DNA of 64,000 nucleotides from Thermovirgaceae bacterium (GCA_040767805.1 JAXGNU010000001.1:160001-224000); one strand, 5' to 3'. Positions 32,110-41,670 are shown, counted from the stretch's first letter. Notes: a model not told the origin generated them from the sequence alone. Made by a program: numbers and translations.

Positions 32110-32702
32110 CGGTCCACCGGTATGTCTAGTTGCTGACCGGACCATGTGACCACCACCTTCTCTTGAGAAATGCCAAGGACCTTTCCCAGGCCCCCGCCGA
32201 AGGGCGTCCCCCTCCTGAGGATGACGCCCTCGCCGAAACCTTCTATGTCGGCCACCGCGGCCGCGTCCTTCTCCCTTATCAGGATCGCCTTTATCCAGAT
32301 CTCGGGCGGCGCCGGGGCCGAGGCCGACGCCGGGCCGCCCTCGACCCCCCCGGCCGTCTCGGGTTCCGACGGCGAGAAGGGCCTTCGGGCCAGCGTGGCG
32401 GCGATCACGGCCAGCTGGGTGCTCCCCGACCGGGCCAGCACGGCGTTCCTGAAGCCGGCCGCCGTCTCCTGGAGGGAGGTTATCTCCTTTTCCACCGCGG
32501 CGCCTCCCGGGGGCGGCGGCGGCACGTCCCTCGCCTGGGCGGTGATCACCATCTGCCTGAAGAGGAAGGCCGACCACAGGATGCCGCCCACGAGCATGAG
32601 GGCCAGCAGCACCCTGAGCCACCTCGGGAAGCGGTCACCCTCGACGACGTCCTTCCACAGTTCGCGGGCCGTGCCGAGCCAGGTATCGGGTCCGGCCATC
32701 AC
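32106..32702 (-). CDS. Bitopic protein at the PilP position of the pilMNOPQ cluster
   Basis: One N-terminal TM helix, Pro-rich linker, beta-rich C-terminus; coupled to neighbours. Confidence 0.55.
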   Translation of the reverse strand: MMAGPDTWLGTARELWKDVVEGDRFPRWLRVLLALMLVGGILWSAFLFRQMVITAQARDVPPPPPGGAAVEKEITSLQETAAGFRNAVLARSGSTQLAVIAATLARRPFSPSEPETAGGVEGGPASASAPAPPEIWIKAILIREKDAAAVADIEGFGEGVILRRGTPFGGGLGKVLGISQEKVVVTWSGQQLDIPVDR

Positions 32703-33217
32703 TGGTCACCCCCCGCGGCGAGGGCCGTCTCGAGGACGGCCGTGCCCTTCACGCGCCCCGGCTCGTCGGCCTCGAGGCTCACGCTTATCATCCTGACGGC
32801 GCTGCCCATGCCCCTCCAGTCGGAGAAGACCCCCAGCACCGAGTAGTAGGCCCCCAGGAAGTCGACCTGCACCGAGGAGGTGCCGGCGACGGCCTTGGAG
32901 GGCTTCATGCTGTTCACCTGGACGCCGTTCTTTGCCAGTTCCCTCTCCACGGAGGAGTAAAAGGCCACCTGGTCGGGGGGGAGCGCCACCCGGTAGGCGC
33001 CGATCTCCTCGTTGGTCCTCTTGTAGGCCTGCAGGAGGCTCGACTTGTCCTGGATGTCCGCCTCGAGGACCCTCTGCCGGGTCCGCAGTTCCACGATGAG
33101 CCTCCGCTCCTCGTTCACCATCCGGGCGAAGAGGAACTGCCCCAGGACGACGGAAAGGACCAGCAGGACGCCGAAAAGGGAGAGGATCACCCTCTTGCGC
33201 GGCAGCGTCAGTTTCAT
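32699..33217 (-). CDS. pilO: PilO-like alignment protein
   Basis: TM helix, coiled coil, ferredoxin-like C-terminus; position after pilN. Confidence 0.65.
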   Translation of the reverse strand: MKLTLPRKRVILSLFGVLLVLSVVLGQFLFARMVNEERRLIVELRTRQRVLEADIQDKSSLLQAYKRTNEEIGAYRVALPPDQVAFYSSVERELAKNGVQVNSMKPSKAVAGTSSVQVDFLGAYYSVLGVFSDWRGMGSAVRMISVSLEADEPGRVKGTAVLETALAAGGDQ

Positions 33218-33804
33218 CTCGAGGCCACCTCCTCGCCGCCGTCGGGGGCGATGGACATGATCTCCCTGATCCCGCAGTCCAGGGAGAACCTCACCGAGGC
33301 GCCGCTCTCCTGGCGGACCCTCGTCGTGACTGGAAAGCCTACGGAACTCACCACCGCCGCCTCCGAGAGGGCCCTGCCGAAGGAGACCACGTCGTTCTCG
33401 GTGTAGGCGAAGCCCGAGAGGGCGGCCTTGCCCGGCGAGAGGCTCGCCTTCTGAAGCCACACGCCGGGGGGCAGGGTCCGCTCCAGGGAGCCCAGGAACT
33501 CCACCGAGGGCAGTTCCTTCTGGAGCAGGGCCAGGGCCTTGCCGAAGTCCTGGTACAGGGCCTGCTGCTTCTTCAGTTCGGCGCCCAGTTTGCCTACCTG
33601 TACCATCTTCATGTCGATGTCGGACTGCAGTTCCATCCTCTCGGCCCTGAGGGCTCTCGACACCACCAGGCCGTAGATGAGGGTCACCAACGACACGCCG
33701 GCGAAGAGCACGACCAGGACCAGCGCCGCCGTCCTCTTCATCTGCACCGGCTTCCTTTCGGACTCGATGTAATCGACGGGCCGCAGGTCGAGTTTGAGGC
33801 TCAT
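33214..33804 (-). CDS. pilN: PilN-like alignment protein
   Basis: LDLRP N-terminal motif, TM helix, LP.GVWL, LSGFA. Confidence 0.75.
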   Translation of the reverse strand: MSLKLDLRPVDYIESERKPVQMKRTAALVLVVLFAGVSLVTLIYGLVVSRALRAERMELQSDIDMKMVQVGKLGAELKKQQALYQDFGKALALLQKELPSVEFLGSLERTLPPGVWLQKASLSPGKAALSGFAYTENDVVSFGRALSEAAVVSSVGFPVTTRVRQESGASVRFSLDCGIREIMSIAPDGGEEVASR

Positions 33805-34748
33805 GACAGGCTCCTCAAGGCCAGCCCCAGGGCTGCCTCCCAACCGGCCCGTTCATCGGGCGCTCCCACGATGCCCCACTCCTTCCAGGGATCGGACACG
33901 GTGACGGGGACGGCCGTCACGGCTTCGATGGCCTCCTTCAGTTCGCCCCGGTCGGCGAAGTCGCCGGCCAGGATTATCTCGTCCACCCTCATCTCCCGGA
34001 ACTGGCTCCCCAGGTAGGTGAAGGTCGAGGAGACCTCCCTGGCCACGGGGGCGAAGGGCGCGCCGGGCCCGGGGGGGGTCTCCCCCCCCACGAGCAGCGT
34101 GCGGTAGAGCACGCCGTCGCCGCCGTAGCCCACGACGATCTGGGAACTGCTCCTCCCCACGGAGACCACCATGGATCCCTCGGCGGGTCCCCTGCCGCCC
34201 CCGCCGGCGCAGCGGTAGAGGGCCACGTTGGCGGGCTCCACGGCGGCCACCCTGATGCCGGCCCGGCGGGCCACATCCAGCAGGGAGTTCACCACGTGGA
34301 GCCTCGAGGCGGCCACCACGTACCGGGCGCTCTCGCGGGACCCCTCGCCGGGGGTGCTGATGGGCCCCAGGTCGAAGGTGGCGTCGGCGTAGGGGAAGGG
34401 GAAGTACTTGTCGAAGTCCCACTTGAGGGCCTCCCGGGCGTCGGAGGCGTCCATGGAGGGCATCTCCACGACCCGCAGCAGCACGTCCCGGGGGGGCATG
34501 CCGATGACGACGGGGTCGGCCCACCGCCCCCCCAGGGACTCCCTCATCCCCAGGAGGTGGGCCTCCAGGGAGTGGGCGTCGGCTATCATCTCCTGCTCGA
34601 TGGCCATGCCGTCGATGGGGCGCTCCGAACTGACCGACACGGCGAGGTCCCCCGGCGAGCCCTCCAGTTCGACGTACCGGAGGGAACCGGCGCCGAGGGC
34701 AAGCCCCGCCGCCGAGACGCTCTTCCTGAAAAGCGCTATGGCCGTCAC
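33801..34748 (-). CDS. pilM: PilM actin-like ATPase
   Basis: PilM-like pattern (LRYVEL, RVVEMP, YFPFP, ILAG, ALGLALR). Confidence 0.8.
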   Translation of the reverse strand: MTAIALFRKSVSAAGLALGAGSLRYVELEGSPGDLAVSVSSERPIDGMAIEQEMIADAHSLEAHLLGMRESLGGRWADPVVIGMPPRDVLLRVVEMPSMDASDAREALKWDFDKYFPFPYADATFDLGPISTPGEGSRESARYVVAASRLHVVNSLLDVARRAGIRVAAVEPANVALYRCAGGGGRGPAEGSMVVSVGRSSSQIVVGYGGDGVLYRTLLVGGETPPGPGAPFAPVAREVSSTFTYLGSQFREMRVDEIILAGDFADRGELKEAIEAVTAVPVTVSDPWKEWGIVGAPDERAGWEAALGLALRSLS

Positions 34749-34828
34749 CGCCCTTCAAAAGGGGTAACCTTCCAGGAACAGGGACATGACCAACTCCGCC
34801 CGGTCAAGGCCCGGGCGACTTCGTCGAT

Positions 34829-34858
34829 ACTATAACCCATCATTGCGCAAAAGGACAA
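34829..34858 (-). promoter_or_regulatory. Putative sigma70 promoter of pilMNOPQ
   Basis: TTGTCC-18 nt-TATAGT on the minus strand. Confidence 0.45.
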
Positions 34859-34956
34859 GGTCGCACAATCTTCCGCCTTGCACCGAGATTCCCCGGGCAC
34901 GGGCCGGCCGCGCCCGGGGGTAATCCCTTCAGCCGGTGTTAATGCAAAAACTTTTT

Positions 34957-34981
34957 AAAAAGGCCGGGTCGCCCCGGCCTT
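34957..34981 (-). terminator. Rho-independent terminator, originally that of the pilin gene
   Basis: AAGGCCGGG-tcgc-CCCGGCCTT with an A5 run on the + strand; 11 nt from the left IS target duplication. Confidence 0.7.
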
Positions 34982-35000
34982 AAAGAAACTAATTGCTTAA

Positions 35001-35912
35001 GGTGATTGCACCCTATTTGGCACTGGTATTAGTATGGTGCCATGGACCTCAAAGCCTATGAACACTGGATCCATACCGAGTCTGCAGCCAGAAAATTCAT
35101 GTTGGGATTTTGCTGGAAAAACCAACAAAGAATTTGCCCTGAATGCAGACAAAGAAAACTGTTCAGGCTTACTGACGGTAGATGTCGATGTTCCCGTTGC
35201 GGTTATACCTTCCATGACTTCTCCGGAAGGTGGATAAATCTGGTTGACCTTGACTGCGGACAGTGGCTTCGGCTTATAAAGCTCTTCGAACTGGAGCTTT
35301 CATCCCGGAAGATCACCCAACACAACTGTCCGTTTCATACAAGGTCGCCCACAGGGCCGTGATGGTTCTTAGAGGGGCCATTCTGGCCCATGCACCCGAT
35401 GCCCAAAAGCTCCTTGGCGGCGAGGTGGAAATAGATGAATCCTGTTTCGGCGGCAAACGTAAAGGCAAACGCGGCCGTGGCGCCTCCGGCAAGGTCCCGG
35501 TCTTCGGCATTCTTGAAAGGGACGGACTTGTTCATGTGGAGGCCGTCCCGAACGTAAGGGCCGAAACGCTCCTGGACATGACCGTCAGGAAGGTGCGCCG
35601 CGGAAGCATAGTCTACACGGACAAGTTCAAGGTCTACGATTCCCTTATGTTCTGCGGATACAGGCACCTCAAGGTGGATCACGGCAAAAGGGTCTATGCC
35701 AGCGGCAAAGTCTACATCAACGGCCTTGAAGGCTTCTGGAGCTTTGCCAAGGAACGCCTTATCAAGCACCATGGTGTTTCAAGGACCTGGTTCCCTTATT
35801 ACCTGAAAGAACTCGAGTTCCGGTACAATAACCGACGAAACGAAATATTCAATGTTCTCTGTCAGTATATATGTGACTTTACACCTCTTGTGCCAGATAG
35901 GGAGTAATCACC
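35001..35912 (+). mobile_element. IS1595-family insertion sequence, 912 bp
   Basis: 23-bp TIRs GGTGATTGCACCCTATTTGGCAC / GGTGATTACTCCCTATCTGGCAC (3 mismatches); 8-bp target duplication TTGCTTAA at 34993-35000 and 35913-35920. Confidence 0.92.
35042..35907 (+). pseudogene. IS1595-family transposase, frameshifted near 35321
   Basis: Zn finger CPEC..CSRC in one frame; EIDE, YTD, INGLEGFWS, YLKELEFRYN in another; junction ACCCAACACAACTG looks like a CA duplication. Confidence 0.85.
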
Positions 35913-35916
35913 TTGC

Positions 35917-36363
35917 TTAATTTGAAACCTTCATTCTCACAATATTTTCATCACCACTGATAATTAATCCCGCCGATTCTTTCATTTCTTTAAGCCTCTT
36001 CCAAAAACCATCACTAATATTCTCGTCTTTTTTTGTAAATACAATATAGACAGGTTCAGCTTCAGTAGTTTCAAGGCTATAGTCTCCTAGACCCGGGGCA
36101 GCCGGCTCTCTGTCGAGGTAAGTTTCCAGTTCCTTTATCTTATCCCCGGAAACAACAAAAGTGTTGTTATCAGCGTAATACATCAACATTGCTGCTTTCA
36201 AAGTCCTCATATCACTGACAACTTTGGTGGCATTTGCCTTGTCGGTTCCCGAGCCCATCACCAGGAGCAGCGACCCCGCCAGGATGCCGATGATGACAAT
36301 GACGATGAGGAGTTCTACCAGGGTGAAGCCCCGCGCTTTCCTTTTCTTCAGCCACTGTTTCAT
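35917..36363 (-). CDS. pilA: Type IV prepilin (probable major pilin)
   Basis: MKQWLKKRKARG|FTLVELLIVIVIIGIL class III signal with Glu5; GGGAGG SD. Confidence 0.88.
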   Translation of the reverse strand: MKQWLKKRKARGFTLVELLIVIVIIGILAGSLLLVMGSGTDKANATKVVSDMRTLKAAMLMYYADNNTFVVSGDKIKELETYLDREPAAPGLGDYSLETTEAEPVYIVFTKKDENISDGFWKRLKEMKESAGLIISGDENIVRMKVSN

Positions 36364-36416
36364 TCTATAGCCCTCCCTTTTTCTCGGTGCTGGATGAAAG
36401 CCCTTAAAACAAAATG

Positions 36417-36445
36417 ATTCTAGCATCAATCCCCTCCCCTGTACA
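36417..36445 (-). promoter_or_regulatory. Putative pilin promoter with extended -10
   Basis: TGTACA-17 nt-TAGAAT with TG at -15/-14. Confidence 0.4.
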
Positions 36446-36482
36446 GGTATGAAAAAAGTCAAGTAATCCCGCCCGTGAAGGG

Positions 36483-37703
36483 CTAAAGCATGGCCTGGAT
36501 CGCCCCCACGATGGGCAGGAATATGGCCGACGCCACGAGGGCCACGATGCCGCCGACGAAGATGATCAGCAGGGGCTCTATGACGGCCGTGAGGCGCTTG
36601 ATCTTCTCGTCCAGTTCCTGCTCGAACCAGTCGGCCACCTTGCCCAGCATCTCCTCGAGCCGCCCCGTCTGCTCTCCGATGGTGATCATGTGGGCCACCA
36701 TGATGGGGAAGACCTTCGTCTTGGCCACGGTCTCCCCCAGGGCCTGCCCCCGCCGGGCCGCCTCGCGCATGTCGATGTAGGCCTTTTCCACGACGTAGTT
36801 GTTGGCCACCTCGGAGGTCATCTCCAGGGACATCAAAATGGGGACCCCCGCCTCGACGAGGGCCGAGAGGGTGCGGTTCGTCCTGGCCATGATGGTCTTG
36901 TAAAAGATGTCGCCCAGGACGGGGAGTTTCAGTTTCATCCTGTCCATGACCGGCCTCGTGGCCTTCATCCTGTTGAAGAGGATGATGAGTACGATGAAGG
37001 TGACGACCCCCGCCAGGAAGAGGTACCACTTCTCGCTCATCCAGACGGCGAACTTGAAGGTCACCGTCGTCACCGCCGGCAGGTCGATCCCCATGGAGTC
37101 GAAGACCTGGGCGAAGCGGGGGACGATGAAGGTGATGAGGATGTAGACCACCCCCAGGGCGAAGGTGACCACCACGGCGGGGTAACTGACGGCGGAGTAT
37201 ATCTTGGCCCGCAGTTCCTGCTGCTTTTCCAGGAAGGTGGCCAGCCTCTCCATGCTCGAGTCGAGGACTCCCCCCTCCTCGCCGGCCCTGACGATGGAGA
37301 CCATCAGCACCGAGAAGACCTTCTGGGTGCGCATGGCGGCGCTGAAGGACATGCCCCCGTCGACGAGTTTCTTGACCTCCTTCACTGAGGCGGCGAGCCG
37401 CTGGTTCTTGGTCTGCTCCCCCAGTATCTCCAGGGCCGACCCCAGGTTTATCCCCGAGGATATCATCGTGGCCAGCTGGCGGAACAGGACGGCCTTGTCC
37501 TTCAGGGAGACGGTGCTTATCATCCTGAGGCGGTCCATGAAGGAGGGCTTACCCGTCCCCGCGGCGGCCTCGAAGGAAAGGGGGACCAATCCGCGGCCGC
37601 GGATGATCGCGGCGGCCTGGGCCTGGCTGTCGGCTTCCATGAAGCCGCTAACCGTGTCTCCCTTGGGGTTTCGGGCCTTGTACTTGAGCCTCACCGAGCG
37701 CAC
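36483..37703 (-). CDS. pilC: Type IV pilus platform protein (T2SS F family)
   Basis: FRQLATMI.SG, AGEEGG.L, A.SYP, GEQTGRLEEML, IEP. Confidence 0.92.
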   Translation of the reverse strand: MRSVRLKYKARNPKGDTVSGFMEADSQAQAAAIIRGRGLVPLSFEAAAGTGKPSFMDRLRMISTVSLKDKAVLFRQLATMISSGINLGSALEILGEQTKNQRLAASVKEVKKLVDGGMSFSAAMRTQKVFSVLMVSIVRAGEEGGVLDSSMERLATFLEKQQELRAKIYSAVSYPAVVVTFALGVVYILITFIVPRFAQVFDSMGIDLPAVTTVTFKFAVWMSEKWYLFLAGVVTFIVLIILFNRMKATRPVMDRMKLKLPVLGDIFYKTIMARTNRTLSALVEAGVPILMSLEMTSEVANNYVVEKAYIDMREAARRGQALGETVAKTKVFPIMVAHMITIGEQTGRLEEMLGKVADWFEQELDEKIKRLTAVIEPLLIIFVGGIVALVASAIFLPIVGAIQAML

Positions 37704-37745
37704 CCCCGGTCGGTTAAGATAGCGCCCTTATATTATTACCTGTAA

Positions 37746-37774
37746 ATTATATGAATTCAATGAAAGCAAGTCAA
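37746..37774 (-). promoter_or_regulatory. Near-consensus sigma70 promoter upstream of pilC
   Basis: TTGACT-17 nt-TATAAT on the minus strand in an AT-rich spacer. Confidence 0.7.
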
Positions 37775-37791
37775 TATGGCGCGTCAAACCG

Positions 37792-38874
37792 CTAAAAGGC
37801 CGTCTCGAAGACGAGCCTCTCCAGGTCCTTGGGGTCATGGGCCCTGGCCCTGGCGATGTCGAAGGGGATGACCCCGTCCCGGACGAGGCGGGCCAGGTCC
37901 TGATCCATGGTGTGCATGCCGAAGGAGGAGCCCGTCTGCATGACGCTCACCATCTGGGAGACCTTGGCCTCGCGGATGAGGTTCCTCACCGCCGGCGTGG
38001 CGAACATCAGGTCCGTGGCCACCACCCTCCCCCCGCCGGGGGTGGGGATCAGCTGCTGGGTGCACGCCCCGATGAGCACGTTGCTCAGTTGCTGGCGTAT
38101 CTGCTGCTGCTGGTAGGGGGGGAAGACGTCGATGATGCGGTCCACCGTCTGGGCGGCGCCCTGGGTGTGGAGGGTGGCTAGGACGAGGTGCCCCGTCTCG
38201 GCGGCCGTCACGGCCGCGGCGATGGTCTCCAGGTCCCTCATCTCGCCGATGAGGATCACGTCGGGGTCCTGCCTCAGGACCCTCTTCAGGGCCTCGGCGA
38301 AGCTCCAGGTGTCGGTCCCCACCTCCCTCTGGTGGATGAGGGCCATCACTGAGGTGTGGAGGTACTCGATGGGATCCTCGATGGTGACGATGTGGCACGC
38401 CCTGGTGTGGTTTATCTCCTGGATGAGGGAGGCCAGGGTGGTGCTCTTCCCACTCCCCGTGGGGCCCGTCACCAGGAAGAGCCCCCGGTGCTTCTTCGCT
38501 ACCTCCTCCAGGTGCAAGGGGAGTTTTAATTCGGCGATGGTCCTAATCTTCGTCGGTATCGTCCTCAAGGCCATCCCGGGGTTGCCCCGCTCGAAAAAGC
38601 AGTTGCCCCTGAAGCGGGAGCTCTCCCCCGTGGGGGCCGTGAAGGTGAAGCTGAAGTCCATCTCCAGTTTCTCGTCGAGTTCCTCTATCTGCTTCCGGGT
38701 CAGGACCTCCCCCGTCATGGCGCGGACGTCCTGGGCGCTCAGGACGCCGTAGGAGGTCAACGCCAGGAGGTCGCCGTCGATCCTCACCGTGGGGTGGAGC
38801 CCCGTGCCGAGGTGGATATCGGTGGCCTGCTTCCGGACCGTCTCCGCCAGAACCGCCTGAAGGGATACCGCCAT
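37792..38874 (-). CDS. pilT: Type IV pilus retraction ATPase
   Basis: GPTGSGKST, TIEDPIEY, QREVG.DT, AETGHLVLATLHT, AVRNLIRE, GMHTMDQ. Confidence 0.93.
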   Translation of the reverse strand: MAVSLQAVLAETVRKQATDIHLGTGLHPTVRIDGDLLALTSYGVLSAQDVRAMTGEVLTRKQIEELDEKLEMDFSFTFTAPTGESSRFRGNCFFERGNPGMALRTIPTKIRTIAELKLPLHLEEVAKKHRGLFLVTGPTGSGKSTTLASLIQEINHTRACHIVTIEDPIEYLHTSVMALIHQREVGTDTWSFAEALKRVLRQDPDVILIGEMRDLETIAAAVTAAETGHLVLATLHTQGAAQTVDRIIDVFPPYQQQQIRQQLSNVLIGACTQQLIPTPGGGRVVATDLMFATPAVRNLIREAKVSQMVSVMQTGSSFGMHTMDQDLARLVRDGVIPFDIARARAHDPKDLERLVFETAF

Positions 38875-38897
38875 CGTGCCGCCCACCCGCCCTTCGC

Positions 38898-40601
38898 TCA
38901 GTTGAGGGTCACCTGGAGGACTTCCTCCAGGCTCGTTACGCCGTCGAGCACCTTCCTCAGCCCCGAATCCCTCAGGGTCCTCATGCCTTCGCGGATGGCC
39001 TCCTGCTGTATCCTGTGGCCCGCCGCGCCGTCCAGTATGAGGTTCTGGATCTCCTCGTCGACCTTCATTATCTCGTAGATGCCCGAGCGCCCCTTGTAGC
39101 CGGTACCGCGGCAGACCTCGCACCCCAAGGGCTTGAAGGCCCTGGACCCCCTTGGGATCCCCAGGTCGTCGGCCGTCCTGTCGGGGATGGTGTACTCCTG
39201 CTTGCACTCGGTGCAGAGTTTGCGGACGAGCCTCTGGGCGATGACCGCCAGCAACGACGAGGAGACCAGGAAGGGGGCTATCCCCATCTCCACGAGCCTT
39301 ATGGAGGCGCTGGGGGCGTCGTTGGTATGGAGCGTGGAGAGCACCAGGTGCCCCGTGAGGGCCGCCCTGACGGCCAGCTGGGCCGTCTCCAGGTCCCGGA
39401 TCTCCCCGACCATCACCTTGTCGGGGTCCTGCCGAAGGATGGAGCGCAGCGCCTCGCTGAAGGTGAGCCCCGCCTTTTCGTGGACCTGGATCTGATTTAT
39501 CCCCGTCATGGTGTACTCCACGGGGTCCTCCACGGTGATGATGTTCACCTCGGGCTTGCTCAGCCTCTCCAGGATGGAATAGAGGGTCGTCGACTTGCCG
39601 CTCCCGGTGGGCCCCGTGACGAGGACTATGCCGTAGGGGGCGGCGATGATGCCGTCGACGATGACCCGGTCGTCGGTCTCGAGGCCCAGTTTTTCCAGGC
39701 CCACCATGGCGTTGGACTGGTCCAGGAGCCGGAGGACGACCTTCTCGCCGTATATGGTGGGCAGCGTCGACACCCGGAGGTCGATGTTCTTGTTCAGCGT
39801 CTTTATGAGGATCCTCCCGTCCTGGGGACGCCTCTTCTCGGAGATGTCGATGTTGGCCATGATCTTTATCCTGGAGGAGACGGCGGGGTGGAGTTTCCTG
39901 GGGAAGTCGACGGCGTCGAAGAGGGAGCCGTCGACCCTGTACCTGACCCGGGTCACCTTCTCGTAGGGTTCTATGTGGATGTCCGAGGCCGACTCGCGGA
40001 CGGCCTGCTCCATGATGGAGTTGACCAGCTTGACGACGGGCGCGTCGTCGGCGCTCGTGCCCCTGCCCTCCCGGTCGAGGTCGGCGGGCCCGGCGGACTC
40101 CACCACCTCGACCATGGCGTCGTCGAGGGACATCTGCACCTCGTAAAACTTGTCCAGGTCGCGGAAGATCTCCGTGGAGGTGGCGATGCCCACTTCCACC
40201 TCCATGCTGGTGAGCAGCCTGAGTTCGTCGATGGCCAGCACGTTGAGCGGGTCGGCCATGGCCACCATGAGCCGGTTGTTGTCCAGTATGGCCAGCGGGA
40301 CCAGTTCCAGCCTCCGGGCGACGTTCTCGGGGACCAGGCGCAGAGCCTCCCCCATGGGGCGGTAGCGGGCGAGGGATATGAGGGGGACCTTCAGCTGCCT
40401 GCTGAGGACCTCGGCCAACTGTCGCTCCGTCAGCAGTTGCTTGGCGACCAGTATCTCGCCAAGCCTCTTCTTGGAGAACTTTTGTTCCGAGAGGACCCTT
40501 TCCAGGACCTCCTGGGAGAGGAGACCCGAACTAACGAGGAGGTCCCCAAGCCTGAACTGGAACTGGCCGTTGGAGTTCTGTCCCTGGGGCACGCACATCA
40601 C
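38898..40601 (-). CDS. pilB: Type IV pilus assembly ATPase
   Basis: N-terminal RLGDLL/RLGEIL MshEN-like motifs, ASDIHIEP, GPTGSGKST, LRQDPD, tetracysteine CTEC..CEVC. Confidence 0.93.
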   Translation of the reverse strand: MMCVPQGQNSNGQFQFRLGDLLVSSGLLSQEVLERVLSEQKFSKKRLGEILVAKQLLTERQLAEVLSRQLKVPLISLARYRPMGEALRLVPENVARRLELVPLAILDNNRLMVAMADPLNVLAIDELRLLTSMEVEVGIATSTEIFRDLDKFYEVQMSLDDAMVEVVESAGPADLDREGRGTSADDAPVVKLVNSIMEQAVRESASDIHIEPYEKVTRVRYRVDGSLFDAVDFPRKLHPAVSSRIKIMANIDISEKRRPQDGRILIKTLNKNIDLRVSTLPTIYGEKVVLRLLDQSNAMVGLEKLGLETDDRVIVDGIIAAPYGIVLVTGPTGSGKSTTLYSILERLSKPEVNIITVEDPVEYTMTGINQIQVHEKAGLTFSEALRSILRQDPDKVMVGEIRDLETAQLAVRAALTGHLVLSTLHTNDAPSASIRLVEMGIAPFLVSSSLLAVIAQRLVRKLCTECKQEYTIPDRTADDLGIPRGSRAFKPLGCEVCRGTGYKGRSGIYEIMKVDEEIQNLILDGAAGHRIQQEAIREGMRTLRDSGLRKVLDGVTSLEEVLQVTLN

Positions 40602-40792
40602 CTCTGAATAGTGAACCGGCCTGTATCCATGGCTGCTGCCTTACGTTCGTATATCATACAACAAAAGAAAGAACAAGGCCGCAAATAGCGGATGTGCGGC
40701 CGGAGAGAGGCGGGATCCCGGCCCGTGGCCTTATACTTGGGGGGAGGCAAGGGCTCGGGAAAAGGAAAGGACGCCGGCAGGGGGGTGAGGGC

Positions 40793-41641
40793 ATGGCCGA
40801 AGAGGACCCTTCGGGAAAGGCCTGGGAGACGGAGTTCACCGCGCTGGACCTGGAGACCACGGGGCTTGACCCCTTGGCGGACCGCATCGTCGAGATCGGG
40901 GCCGTCACCTTCAAGGGGGACGCCATCATCGACACCTTCGAGACCCTGGTGGACCCGGGGGTGAGGATCAGCCCCGCCCTGACGGCCATCCACGGCATCG
41001 ACAACGGGATGGTCAAGGGCGCCCCGGGGCCCCCGGAGGCCGTCGCCAGGCTGCTGGCCTTCATGGGCGCCAGGCCCCTGGTGATCCATAACGCCCCCTT
41101 CGACATGGGCTTCATCGAGACGGTCCTGCGGGAGCGCTTCCTGGAGGTCCCCCTCAACGACCTCTTCGACACCTGCCGCATCGCGCCGGTGGTCTTCCCC
41201 GGGCTGGCCAGCTACCGCCTGGGGGAACTGTCAAGTTCCCTGGGGGTGGAACAGGGGCGCGGCCACAGGGCCCTTGACGACTCGCTGGCGGCGATGGGGG
41301 TCTTCCTGAGGTGCCTCGGGGAGATCGACCCGGCGAGGTCGATGAATTATGGCTCTTTTGAGAAAAATTACTCCCTCCGCTCCCTGGCGGCCCTCGAGAG
41401 GAGCGCGGCTCCCCTGCGCTGGCCCCCGGGCTTCGAGGTCATCCGGGAGGCCTGCGAGACCTCCGGGAAGGTCCTCATCACCTACCAGGGGGGCGGCGGC
41501 GAACTGACAGAGAGGCTCATAGCCCCCAGGAGGCTCGTCAGGGTCCGCGGCAGGACCATGCTCGAGGCCTGGTGCTTCCTCCGGGGGGAGAGCCGCACCT
41601 TCCGCTTCGACAGGATCGTCGAGATAAAAGGGAAGGAGTGA
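40793..41641 (+). CDS. DEDDh (DnaQ-like) 3'-5' exonuclease fused to a C-terminal WYL domain
   Basis: ExoI DLETTG, ExoII HNAPFD, ExoIII HRALDD; C-terminus ITY..G..TER.IAP..L......LEAWC.LRGE.RTFRFDRI. Confidence 0.85.
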   Translation: MAEEDPSGKAWETEFTALDLETTGLDPLADRIVEIGAVTFKGDAIIDTFETLVDPGVRISPALTAIHGIDNGMVKGAPGPPEAVARLLAFMGARPLVIHNAPFDMGFIETVLRERFLEVPLNDLFDTCRIAPVVFPGLASYRLGELSSSLGVEQGRGHRALDDSLAAMGVFLRCLGEIDPARSMNYGSFEKNYSLRSLAALERSAAPLRWPPGFEVIREACETSGKVLITYQGGGGELTERLIAPRRLVRVRGRTMLEAWCFLRGESRTFRFDRIVEIKGKE

Positions 41642-41670
41642 AAAAAGACGCCCCCCCAAGGGGGCGTCTT
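41641..41670 (-). terminator. Rho-independent terminator of the tRNA operon
   Basis: AAGACGCCCCC-ccaa-GGGGGCGTCTT with an A6 run on the + strand. Confidence 0.75.

Noticed and set aside
35917..36240. Pilin 3' region as a diversity-generating retroelement target
   Set aside because: No template repeat or reverse transcriptase in the window
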